Shown: piece after piece, positions 20,082-29,174 of the stretch
How positions within the stretch are numbered: the first letter of the stretch is position 1
Layout: every line of letters starts with the position of its first letter
Assembly: GCA_963707955.1 (NCBI GenBank)
Contig: OY970176.1
Coordinates: 1,440,001-1,504,000, forward strand
Length of the DNA: 64,000 nt
Direction of reading: 5' to 3'
Origin: Candidatus Bathyarchaeota archaeon
Lineage (GTDB): Archaea > Thermoproteota > Bathyarchaeia > Bathyarchaeales > Bathycorpusculaceae
Translations under genes and position numbers: made by a program
Notes under the pieces: generated by a model
The model's input: the letters and a program-made list of their open reading frames with translations, nothing else
The model's database searches: none
What the model was told of the DNA's origin: nothing

Positions 20082-20557
20082 TAAGCCTCGTCGAACGACT
20101 AGAGAGCTCTTTGAGGCTTGTTTCGAGCTGTTGGCGGAGTAAACCTATGATCTTCAGTCGCTCACTGATGCTTGTGCCTTCGCTGATCGCGTTCTTGTAC
20201 CCATCTAGGTATGTGTGCAGTTGGTTCGCGACCTCAAGGTATGGGTCGAGAGACTGTGGTCTCAAAGAGTCCCAAGTACCCCAGCAGTATTACCGTGTAG
20301 ATGGATTTTGTGACATTTTGTTTGGCCTGCCTTAGGGTCCGGTTGAACGCTCCGCGACTGATTTTGGCCTTAGTTAGCCTTAATCGGGCCTTTTCGTCGT
20401 ATTTCAGCGATTTGCCTGCGATATTATCGGACAATATGTCTATGAGGAGTGTTTCGAGCTGGGTTTTTGTTAAATGGCTGTTGTCAGCCATTATTTTGGC
20501 AATTGGGTCGTTGATTGAGCTTTCTAGCAATGAATGAACGCTATCTCTTAGCTTCAA
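20077..20557 (-). CDS. HTH-like hypothetical protein; frameshift near 20255
   Basis: ORF SHLTKTQLETLL...ISRGAFNRTLRQAKQNV...LLGYLGLFE joins ORF SLDPYLEVANQL...; probable assembly indel. Confidence 0.7.
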
Positions 20558-21133
20558 GTCTCGTCGCTCCTGAGATGATGCAAATGAATACATTTTTGTA
20601 TACAGGGTCGGCTCTTAAGGGTATCGAATTCCGAAGAACCTTGCTTCAAGTCTGGAGGCGCAAGAGCATTGTGCCGGTAGAATCAGAAAATGGTTAGAAG
20701 GAGCAAGCGGTTTCCAAGTTTGACTCTCCCAAGAGGCTTAAACTCATAACGCTTTGTGTACTGTGCCGCTTTTTTGCTTTGGCCCAAAAAACGCCGAGCG
20801 CTTCATTAACCTGGGCGTGTGCAGACCCGATTTGCGCTCTCTGGAGGGATCCTGGTGTGGGCAGTGAGCTGCAAGACAAGCCTATGGAGTCGTAGGAGGC
20901 TAATAGTGGAGAGAGCCTATTGGGTTACGCGCCTAAGTGTGGTCGAAACTGTGACGTGCTGGTGGCAGTTGATGAGGCAGAAGTATTTTCGCTGATTTGA
21001 CCGTCTTTTCGGAGGTGGGTAGTGTGATGCTGCTTCCCAACGTTAGGTTCGTTGTGTAAGCACCCAGTACTCTTGGCTGTGAAGATTTTAGGCAGCATTC
21101 CTTTGTTAGAAAATACGGCTTGAAGCAATGGTT

Positions 21134-21278
21134 TGTGATGTGACACCACCCGTCACGCTTGAATCACGTGTGATGACCCCCAATTTCCAAACAGCTCGGC
21201 TGCTACAGTTCTTTCCGTCAATGACGCTATTCCCTTGGGAGCGCGGCGGTTGAGCGTGACATGATTGTGATTTGTGAT
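21134..21278. repeat. Cluster of YGTGAY/RTCACR hexamers (array B)
   Basis: 8 copies in 145 bp, at 21134, 21139, 21152, 21163, 21169, 21255, 21266 and 21273; extra copies at 20950 and 21023. Confidence 0.85.
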
Positions 21279-21378
21279 CAGTGCACGAGATGATAGTTCG
21301 TAATGATATCTGGTTGATTGTCTGGCGACTTTCCAAGAATGCGTAAACGGTTCTTGGCGGTTAACTTGTTTCTCAGGC

Positions 21379-22212
21379 CTACAATTCTTCTGCGCGCTTC
21401 TTTAATTTGTCAAACAGCTCTGGACGTAGATCTTTCAACGTAGGAACGAAGGTTTCAAGAGGTCTTATGTCGGCGTAGTCCACCTCGCACATCACAAAAT
21501 CTTCTTCGTCATACTTTGCTTGAGCAAGAACTCTCCCGTTTGGACCTACGAGCCTGCTGCCGCCCCAAAACTGCAAGCCGTCCTCGACTCCGACCAGGTT
21601 TACAAAGGCCAGAAAGGTCGTGTTTTCGACTGCGCGTGCAGCCGTGAGTATTTCAAAGAATGATCGGCGGACTGCTGGTGAGGCTGAAATGCACACAGTC
21701 AGTTGGGCTCCTTCGAGTCGTGCGAGTCGAGTCACTTCTGGGAAGTAGATGTCGTAGCATATGAGCAAACCTATCTTTCCAAGGTCGGTGTCGAACGCCG
21801 GGGCTTCGTGGCCTGGGCGGAAATATCTTTTTTCCTCAAAGACGCTGTGAGTTGGGAGGTACATCTTGCGGTATTTGCCGATGAAGCCCTTGGGACCCAC
21901 AAGCACTGCGGTGTTGTGAAGGGTAGCCTGTGTCTTCTTGCTCTTTTCAGGCATGCCAAAAACGACGTGTATACCTGCCTTCCTAGCAATTCTCTCGATG
22001 ATTCTCGTCGATGGGCCGGGGATCTCTTCAGCCAATTCGTAGATCTGGTCTCTTACAACGTAGCCCGTGAGCGAGAGTTCTGGCAATATCACCAGGGCTG
22101 CTCCTTTCTCCTCGGCTCTAGCAACGGCGCCTTCAATCTTCTTCAGGTTCTGTTCCTTGTCTCCAGGTTTGCAGCTAATCTGCGCTAAGGCAACCATAAA
22201 TCTATCCTTCAT
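21379..22212 (-). CDS. Carbon-nitrogen hydrolase (nitrilase superfamily), probable glutaminase partner of NadE
   Basis: LPELSLTGY, YRK, ICYD catalytic E-K-C triad. Confidence 0.9.
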   Translation of the reverse strand: MKDRFMVALAQISCKPGDKEQNLKKIEGAVARAEEKGAALVILPELSLTGYVVRDQIYELAEEIPGPSTRIIERIARKAGIHVVFGMPEKSKKTQATLHNTAVLVGPKGFIGKYRKMYLPTHSVFEEKRYFRPGHEAPAFDTDLGKIGLLICYDIYFPEVTRLARLEGAQLTVCISASPAVRRSFFEILTAARAVENTTFLAFVNLVGVEDGLQFWGGSRLVGPNGRVLAQAKYDEEDFVMCEVDYADIRPLETFVPTLKDLRPELFDKLKKRAEEL

Positions 22213-22234
22213 GAACTATCCTCCTCCGTTCAGT

Positions 22235-23113
22235 CTAACAGGGGCCGCGTGGAAACCTGAAGTCAGTACCTATCGTTCGATATTCAAGCTTTGCTGTCAG
22301 TAACATGCGCCTCTTGTGCTCTGCTGAAAGCCACCTGCGCTCTATTCTGATGACTGCGCTTTTTTCAATCTGCAGCTTATCCGCTATTTCCTCTGGCTTC
22401 AGGAAATGTTCCAGTCCGTATAAGATAAGGTCAAGCTGTTCATACTTTATGCCCAGTTCGTCCTCGGCCAGCTGGTTTGGCCAGAGAGCAGGGGAAGAGG
22501 GTTTTTCGACGACTTCTCTTGGGATGCCTATATGCTCGGCTACTTTTCGAACTTGGGTCTTGTACAGATCCATTATCGGCGATATGTCCGCCGCAACATC
22601 TCCCCATTTCGTGAAGTAGCCCATCATGGTTTCTGACTTATCTGAGGTTCCGCAGACGAGCATACTCAGCCTGTTCGCGTAGTAGTATACGTAAATCATG
22701 CGTGTCCGCGCCTTTATGTTGCCCTTGCTCAACTTGTCTGAAGGGTCGTATATCCTCATTGAACTGTAAAACGCCTCTAACGGAGCTGTGATGTCGATTG
22801 CTTCTGTTTTGAAATGGAATTTCTTAGCAACGAGTTTCGCATGTTCGATGTCTTGGGAGCTTCGCGTTTCTTTCTCGGGTAGCATGAGTCCTAGGACTTT
22901 GTCTCCGCCTATGGCTCTAGCCGATATCGCAGCTACGGTGCAGCTGTCTATTCCACCGGATACTCCCAAGACTATGCCCTTAACGCCCGTGGTCTCCACA
23001 TAGTCCTTGATGAACCGTTGGATCCTGTTCTCCGTTTCTGGCAGATTTAGATCAAGAACTGCAGGCGTCAACTCCAAAGGGGTGCGCTCCCATGGGTGTA
23101 TGGTTGTAGGCAA
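22235..23113 (-). CDS. nadE: NAD+ synthetase
   Basis: GVSGGIDS, GNIKARTRM, GYFTKWGD, SEHKRR-like motifs; start uncertain. Confidence 0.93.
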   Translation of the reverse strand: MPTTIHPWERTPLELTPAVLDLNLPETENRIQRFIKDYVETTGVKGIVLGVSGGIDSCTVAAISARAIGGDKVLGLMLPEKETRSSQDIEHAKLVAKKFHFKTEAIDITAPLEAFYSSMRIYDPSDKLSKGNIKARTRMIYVYYYANRLSMLVCGTSDKSETMMGYFTKWGDVAADISPIMDLYKTQVRKVAEHIGIPREVVEKPSSPALWPNQLAEDELGIKYEQLDLILYGLEHFLKPEEIADKLQIEKSAVIRIERRWLSAEHKRRMLLTAKLEYRTIGTDFRFPRGPC

Positions 23114-23173
23114 CTATTTAAGGACAAACATAAATATGGATGTCTGACGTTTCCAGCAGAGAAGGACCCGGAT

Positions 23174-23437
23174 ATGGGTAGAAGAAGGAAAAAGGTTGTA
23201 CGAATCCCTAGGAAACATCTTCCAAGACTGTTCCCTTGCCCCAGGTGTGGGAAGGAAACGGTGAGGGTTGAGATTCTTCGTGAGGAAGGATGCGCAGTCG
23301 TTGGATGCGGTAGCTGTGGTCTCAAGGAGCGGTTCCCAGTTAAGCCTGCTCAGGCTGAGGTCGACGTTTACTGCATGTTCACCGATAAGACGTATGGCCA
23401 GTCTCGAAGGCCCTCTGCTGTGATCAAGGGTGCCTGA
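23174..23437 (+). CDS. elf1: Transcription elongation factor Elf1
   Basis: MGRRRKK...FPCPRC...CGSC...VDVYC. Confidence 0.88.
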   Translation: MGRRRKKVVRIPRKHLPRLFPCPRCGKETVRVEILREEGCAVVGCGSCGLKERFPVKPAQAEVDVYCMFTDKTYGQSRRPSAVIKGA

Positions 23438-23451
23438 TCAGGTCGGTCTGT

Positions 23452-24204
23452 ATGGAAGGTAACGTTGAAAAGTATCTTCTTGAAAAGATCGCGGTCGAGG
23501 GTTCCATTCACATAACGCTTATAGATCCTGAAAGGGTGACTCCGCCCCAGGCTTCGAAGATCGCGGGTAAAGCGAGAGCATGCGAGACTTCGGCCATTAT
23601 GATCGGTGGGTCGACGTTCGTGGCTGCAGCTCATCTAGATGATGTTGTGAAGATGGTCAAGCGTGCTGTGAAGATTCCGATAATCCTTTTCCCCAACAAT
23701 GTTACTGGTATAAGCCGTTACGCAGATGCTATATGGTTTATGTCGCTTCTGAACTCGGTGGACCCGTACTTTCTAATGGGGGCTCAGATCTTGGGGGCTC
23801 CTCTTGTAAAAAGGTACGGTTTGGAACCTCTCCCGCTTGGCTACGTAATCGTTGGTGAGGGCGGCACAGCTGGCATTGTTGGTAAGGCTATTCCGATCCC
23901 GTACGACAAGCCTGAGCTAGTGGCGGCCCACGCCTTAGCAGGCCAGTACCTGGGCATGCGCTTCATCTACTTGGAAGGCGGGTCGGGTGCCAAGAATCCA
24001 GTTCCTTCTGAGATGATCCGCGCTGTCAAGCATTACGTTGATGTACCCCTGGTTGTTGGGGGTGGCATAAGATCCCGCGAGCAAGCGTTAACCGCGGCGT
24101 CTGCGGGCGCAGACATAATCGTCACAGGCAACCTCGTTGAGGAGACAGGCATCAAGCACAAGGTTTCGGAGATCATCGAAGGCATAAGACGCGGCAGGAC
24201 GTGA
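23452..24204 (+). CDS. Geranylgeranylglyceryl phosphate synthase
   Basis: TLIDP, IMIGGS, ILFP, FMSLLNS, YLEGGSGA, VGGGIR. Confidence 0.93.
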   Translation: MEGNVEKYLLEKIAVEGSIHITLIDPERVTPPQASKIAGKARACETSAIMIGGSTFVAAAHLDDVVKMVKRAVKIPIILFPNNVTGISRYADAIWFMSLLNSVDPYFLMGAQILGAPLVKRYGLEPLPLGYVIVGEGGTAGIVGKAIPIPYDKPELVAAHALAGQYLGMRFIYLEGGSGAKNPVPSEMIRAVKHYVDVPLVVGGGIRSREQALTAASAGADIIVTGNLVEETGIKHKVSEIIEGIRRGRT

Positions 24205-24350
24205 AAGGCCGTTGACGGCTCTTAAACCTGCTTCAATGCCCTGAAAACTTTCCGCCAGCGAAGACGTCCCCGCTGTTTAACCATTTTGAACCGCAACGCA
24301 TCAAGCATGAATGCGCTTGGATGGCCCATTAGTCTAGCCTCGGCTTAACC

Positions 24351-24396
24351 TTCCCTGTTTTGTGTTTTGCCTCGCCTAACACGCCTACCCTCTAGG
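24351..24396 (-). repeat. Degenerate remnant of the 14.6/62.2 kb repeat family
   Basis: TCCCTGTTTTGTGTTTTGCCTCGCCTAAC...CCCTCTAGG aligns with the conserved end TCCCTGTATTCGTGTTTCGGCCTCGTCTA...CCCCCTAGG. Confidence 0.45.
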
Positions 24397-24738
24397 TTTT
24401 TCCTGCGGCAGATACCGTTAGCGACTCTTAGTAGGACACTTGCAGAGCCTTGTCACTGGTCAGGAAACCACTTTCAAAATGAGAGTCTGAGACGCACGCT
24501 ACCTACAACGTCCAAGCTACAGAGACTACGCTGAGAAAAGAGGTAAGACTGCGAGAGAAGCGACCAAAGAGCAACCAGCCTCGCGCTAGGAGTGAGGTAA
24601 CCAGCAGTTTGTTTGTGTAGAATTCGCACGGAGTGGAAACGCTCAACGATTTGACTTTTTGACTTGTTCCTGTCAGAGAACAGAAATAAGCTTGTTTCAT
24701 GCACAAAGGTCTTGCGAGTGGGAGACTTGGGCGAAAAG

Positions 24739-27700
24739 ATGAGCGCAGCTTACCGCCAATATGCTGAGGCTCTTGAAAGTGGACTGACCCAACTCTGCGA
24801 ATTGAGCAAGAAGGCTAGGGAGAAGGGGCTTGACCCTTCGCTTAAACCTGAATGCAGGATCGCTAAGGACCTGGCCGACCTCGTCGAGGGGCTCGTGGGC
24901 CCGAAAGGAGTTGCTGACAGCATAAGGGAGCTGAGTTCTAGGCTTTCGAGGGAAGAGCTGGCGTTCAAAGTGACCGAAGAAATAGTCCACGGCAAGTTCG
25001 GACACATGGAACCAGAAGCCGCTGCAGAACAAGCGATTCGAACTGCGCTGGCGATTTTCACGGAAGGTTTGACGGCTGCGCCAATACAGGGAGTAGCACA
25101 TGTGAAGATCAAAACAAATAGCGACCGGACACGTTACCTTGCTATATACTTTGCAGGTCCTATAAGGTCAGCAGGCGGAACAGACCAAGCGTTAACGCTG
25201 GTTGTTGGTGACTTCGTACGGCGCCTCCTCGGACTTGACCGCTACAAGCCCACGGAGGAAGAAACGTCACGTTTCATTACAGAACTCAGAACCTACGAAC
25301 GCTCCTCAGGAATGCGCTTCCAGTATCACATTCCTGACGAAGAGTTGAGAAAGGCCCTTGAGTGGTTGCCAGTTGAGGTGACGGGCACGGAGTCTGACCC
25401 GATTGAAGTGTCCATGTTCCGTAACCTCCCGCGGGTAGAAACAAACCGCGTCAGGGGCGGAGCGCTCAGAGTCGTAAACGACGGCATCGTCGGACGAGCC
25501 CAGAAAGTTCTTACAATCATCGAAAAACTCGAGTTTCAAGGATGGGACTGGCTTAGCGACCTCCACAGAAAATCCGAGAAAAAGTCCTCCGGGTTCATGG
25601 ACGACGTCATTGCCGGCCGCCCCGTGTTCTCTTTCCCCTCAAGACGTGGAGGCTTCCGCCTAAGATACGGCAGAGCAAGAAACACAGGCCTAGCAGCCGT
25701 GGGCATCCATCCAGCAACCATGCTCGTGTTAGACGGTTTCCTCGCAGGTGGAACACAACTCCGGATGGAACTCCCTGGAAAAGGCGGCATCGTGGTCCCG
25801 GTCGACACCATCGAGGGCCCAGTAGTGCGACTGAACGACGGGTCGGTTATCCGAGTGTCAGTGGACGACTTCAACGATGCAAAAGACCGAATTGAGAAGA
25901 TACTCTTCCTCGGAGACATTCTCGTCAGTTTTGGGGACTTCCTCTACAACAGCAGGTTTCTAGCGCCTTCGGGCTACGTCGAGGAGTGGTGGGCTGAAGA
26001 CCTGCGAAAGAAAGTTGCAGAAAAGTTTGATGGCAACGTTGAAAGGGTTTCTGAAACTGTGGGTATTCAGCCCGAAAGACTGAAGAGTCTCTTAGCAAAC
26101 TTTTTCGTCAGTAAGCCCAGCCTCTCTGAAGCCGTTGCATTGTCAACAGAAACGCGTGTTGCGTTACACCCAGCTTTCACGTTCTTCTGGTCAAGCCTTT
26201 CCTCAGTCGAGCAGCTTAAACAGCTGAGAACATGGCTTCTCGCGTCTCAAGTGCAAACTGAAGGTTCTGTCGTTCGAAAGATTGTGGGCGCAATGGATTC
26301 AGACGTTAAGTGTGCCTTGGAAATGATATGCCTTCCTCATAAAGTCTTAAACGACAAGATAATCATCGAGGGAGAAGACGCTGGTGCCTTCGCTCTCTGC
26401 TTAGGCTCCGGGGCTCCATGTGACCTGATTTTTTCATCTGCAAAAACCGTTCTGGAAGCCGTCAATTCTCTGTCAAGTGTGCAGGTCAAGGATAAGGCCC
26501 CCACGCTTGTAGGCGCAAGAATGGGAAGACCTGAAAAGGCAAAAAGGCGCGAGATGAAGCCGCTTGTGCACGTTCTTTTCCCGGTCGGTCTAGCAGGAGG
26601 TTCGCAGAGAGACCTCGTTGAAGCAGCAAAGCATGGGCCGATCTTTGTGGAAATCATCAAACGAAAGTGCCCAGAATGTGGGACCTTCACTTCTCGCGTC
26701 AAATGCCCCGCATGCGGTTCGGAAACGGCTCCTGAGAAGAGTTGCCCACGGTGTGGAAAAAGCCTGAAACAAGATGAATGCCCTACTTGCAAGACCTCTG
26801 CGATAAGATATCAGAAGCAGGTCGTCAATTTCAGAGAGGCGCTTGAGAGTGCATGTTGTGACTTGTCTGTTTCGATGCCACGGATCTTGAAGGGAGTGAA
26901 GGGGCTGACAAATCAAACCAAGACGCCTGAAATACTCGAAAAAGGCGTTCTGCGGTCAAAGCATGACCTCTCAGTTTACAAGGATGGAACGATACGGTTT
27001 GACACCACTAATGCCCCTCTGACACATTTCAAGCCTTCTGAAGTTGAAGTTTCAGCCCAGACACTTAGGGAGCTTGGTTACACCTGTGACGTGAAAGGCG
27101 CGCCATTGGCGGATGCAAGTCAAGTGTGCGAACTCAAGCTTCAGGATGTCGTTATTCCTGTGAAAGCTGCAGAATACTTTGTGACGGTCGCAAGTTTTCT
27201 AGACGAACTTCTATCCAAGGTTTATGGACTTCCGCCATACTACAATGCCCGACGAACCGAAGACTTGGTTGGGCACTTCGTCATTGGTCTAGCTCCCCAC
27301 ACCTGCGTAGGAATCTTGGGACGCATCGTAGGCTTCACGAACCTGAACCTCTGCTATGCACACCCCATCTGGCACTCAGCGAAGAGGAGAGACTGTGACG
27401 GCGATGAAGACACTCTGATGCTTGCCCTCGACACGCTCCTCAACTTCTCACGCGAGTACCTGCCTGCACAGATCGGCGGGATAATGGATGCTCCGCTGCT
27501 GCTCATTCCAGTTGTGAACCCGAATGAGGTGCAGAGGCAGGCCCACGACTTTGACGTTGCCGATTCCTATCCGCTTGAGTTTTTTGAAAAAACATGGGAA
27601 AAGGTTGAAGCTAGACAAGTCAGTTCAATGATAGACCTCGTGGGTTACCGTCTTGGCACTGAGGCACAGTTTGAGGGCTTCAACTTTACGACACCCGTGT

Positions 27701-28146
27701 CCAACGTTAACATGGGCAACCCTGAAAGTTCCTATAAAAGTCTCAAAGCGATGACAGATAAGCTTGAAGGCCAACTTAAATTGGCAGAGAAGATCGTGGC
27801 CGTAGATGCAGACAAAGTGGCCCTGAAGGTCTTGACGAAGCATTTCATGCGAGACATCGCGGGTAACCTGCGGGCTTTTTCAACACAGGGTTTCAGGTGC
27901 AAGTCATGTAGCAAACGCTTCCGGCGTCTGCCCCTTCGGGGCAAATGCCCATCGTGCGGTGGAGAATTAACATTGACCGTCTATCGCGGCGGCATTGAAA
28001 AGTACTTAGATGCAGCGCAGCATCTGATTGACAAGTATGACTTGCCTAAGTACTATTCACAGAGGATTTCGCTTGTGAAAGAGGAGATCAGTGCGCTGTT
28101 TGATAGTGGAAAGCCCAAGCAGATCAGTCTAACAGACTTCGCTTGA
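24739..28146 (+). CDS. polD2: DNA polymerase D (PolII) large subunit DP2, no intein evident
   Basis: AGPIRSAGGT, FRLRYGRARNTG, RMGRPEK, Zn ribbons, KRRDCDGDED catalytic motif. Confidence 0.97.
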   Translation: MSAAYRQYAEALESGLTQLCELSKKAREKGLDPSLKPECRIAKDLADLVEGLVGPKGVADSIRELSSRLSREELAFKVTEEIVHGKFGHMEPEAAAEQAIRTALAIFTEGLTAAPIQGVAHVKIKTNSDRTRYLAIYFAGPIRSAGGTDQALTLVVGDFVRRLLGLDRYKPTEEETSRFITELRTYERSSGMRFQYHIPDEELRKALEWLPVEVTGTESDPIEVSMFRNLPRVETNRVRGGALRVVNDGIVGRAQKVLTIIEKLEFQGWDWLSDLHRKSEKKSSGFMDDVIAGRPVFSFPSRRGGFRLRYGRARNTGLAAVGIHPATMLVLDGFLAGGTQLRMELPGKGGIVVPVDTIEGPVVRLNDGSVIRVSVDDFNDAKDRIEKILFLGDILVSFGDFLYNSRFLAPSGYVEEWWAEDLRKKVAEKFDGNVERVSETVGIQPERLKSLLANFFVSKPSLSEAVALSTETRVALHPAFTFFWSSLSSVEQLKQLRTWLLASQVQTEGSVVRKIVGAMDSDVKCALEMICLPHKVLNDKIIIEGEDAGAFALCLGSGAPCDLIFSSAKTVLEAVNSLSSVQVKDKAPTLVGARMGRPEKAKRREMKPLVHVLFPVGLAGGSQRDLVEAAKHGPIFVEIIKRKCPECGTFTSRVKCPACGSETAPEKSCPRCGKSLKQDECPTCKTSAIRYQKQVVNFREALESACCDLSVSMPRILKGVKGLTNQTKTPEILEKGVLRSKHDLSVYKDGTIRFDTTNAPLTHFKPSEVEVSAQTLRELGYTCDVKGAPLADASQVCELKLQDVVIPVKAAEYFVTVASFLDELLSKVYGLPPYYNARRTEDLVGHFVIGLAPHTCVGILGRIVGFTNLNLCYAHPIWHSAKRRDCDGDEDTLMLALDTLLNFSREYLPAQIGGIMDAPLLLIPVVNPNEVQRQAHDFDVADSYPLEFFEKTWEKVEARQVSSMIDLVGYRLGTEAQFEGFNFTTPVSNVNMGNPESSYKSLKAMTDKLEGQLKLAEKIVAVDADKVALKVLTKHFMRDIAGNLRAFSTQGFRCKSCSKRFRRLPLRGKCPSCGGELTLTVYRGGIEKYLDAAQHLIDKYDLPKYYSQRISLVKEEISALFDSGKPKQISLTDFA

Positions 28147-28190
28147 AAAAGCCTTTTCTGTTCAGAGAAAGAAGAATACTCTGATGGAGC

Positions 28191-28463
28191 ATGCTCAAGG
28201 AGACCTATCATCCTAACGCCTACCTGGCAAGCATAAAGAACATGAAGCTAGGCCTGAGGGCCAGAACAAGAATACTGAATGTCTTGGAGAAACTGTCAGG
28301 CGATGCCAAGGAGGTTGCGAAGGAATCTGGGTTGCGCTACGGAGTAGCTATGCACCATTTAAAGCTACTGGCGGCAGAGGGCATCGTGGAACGGAAGGGC
28401 GGCAGGCCGTACGTTTGGGGTTTGACCGGGATGGGGCAGAAGCGGCTGGAAACCTCAGGCTAA
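28191..28463 (+). CDS. Small winged-helix (ArsR-like) protein
   Basis: RTRILNVL...HHLKLLAAEGIVER. Confidence 0.75.
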   Translation: MLKETYHPNAYLASIKNMKLGLRARTRILNVLEKLSGDAKEVAKESGLRYGVAMHHLKLLAAEGIVERKGGRPYVWGLTGMGQKRLETSG

Positions 28464-28759
28464 AAAGTGCACTCGCAGGGCGAATGCCCGCATTTTGGAC
28501 ACTTGTTGTCATATTTCCTGAGAGTTGCTTTCTCTAGGTCTATGCCTGCTATGTTAGCGAGAGAGGCTAACCACGCAAGAACGTCCGCAAACTCACCTTC
28601 CAATCCTTCCTTGTCATTCGTGTCTAATGCTTCACCCAATTCTCCAACCTCGTCAGTGAGCCACTCGTATGTTCCGGCTATGCCTCGTTCACAGTCTCTG
28701 TGAAAATACACGCGTCGCATCATCTCTTGAAACTCGCGGATATGCACCTTGCGTTTCAC
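28460..28759 (-). CDS. MazG-like NTP pyrophosphohydrolase with C-terminal Cys cluster
   Basis: DEVGEL...EFADVLAW...CPKCGHSPCEC. Confidence 0.88.
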   Translation of the reverse strand: MKRKVHIREFQEMMRRVYFHRDCERGIAGTYEWLTDEVGELGEALDTNDKEGLEGEFADVLAWLASLANIAGIDLEKATLRKYDNKCPKCGHSPCECTF

Positions 28760-28810
28760 CCCTTCTGTTTAAGGCAAGAGATCGCAGTATATAAGATAAG
28801 ATTTGAAGGA

Positions 28811-29165
28811 GGTGCTGGTTCCAGTGCCTGTAGCGCGCATGCTTGTTCCTAAATTCCCAGATTCCGCTCAAGAGGAAGGCATGGCGTTTTGCGATGGTCG
28901 ATGGTTACTGACACGGTTCGAGTGGGTGTTTGCGTACTCACACCTTCCGCCCCGGGTATGCTATATGACCCAACGTTGTATGTCCGCGACGCAGCAGAGT
29001 CTTCTTTGCATGCGCATGAACGTGGACCGGCGTCGGGTACCCCTCCTCGGTTTCAACGTATCATGCATATTTGGAGCCAAATATGGTTGAAGAGCAAAAT
29101 GAGTAGGGCAAGCTACTTTCCAGAAGAATTTAGGAACACACTAGCGCGCTGCTTTTTGCCAAAAG
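28811..29165 (+). ncRNA. Candidate structured non-coding RNA (or MITE-like element) of unknown family
   Basis: Ends pair (28830-28856 with 29126-29152), several internal hairpins with G-U pairs on the + strand, TATATAAG at 28788, T-run after the 3' arm. Confidence 0.5.
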
Positions 29166-29174
29166 CCAAGAAGG

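Noticed and set aside
24739-28146. Intein in DP2 (cdc6 was also checked)
   Set aside because: Lengths and motif continuity are normal; no intein splice motifs seen
28811-29165. SRP RNA or RNase P RNA
   Set aside because: The size fits, but helix-8 (SRP) and P4 (RNase P) consensus motifs were not found on either strand
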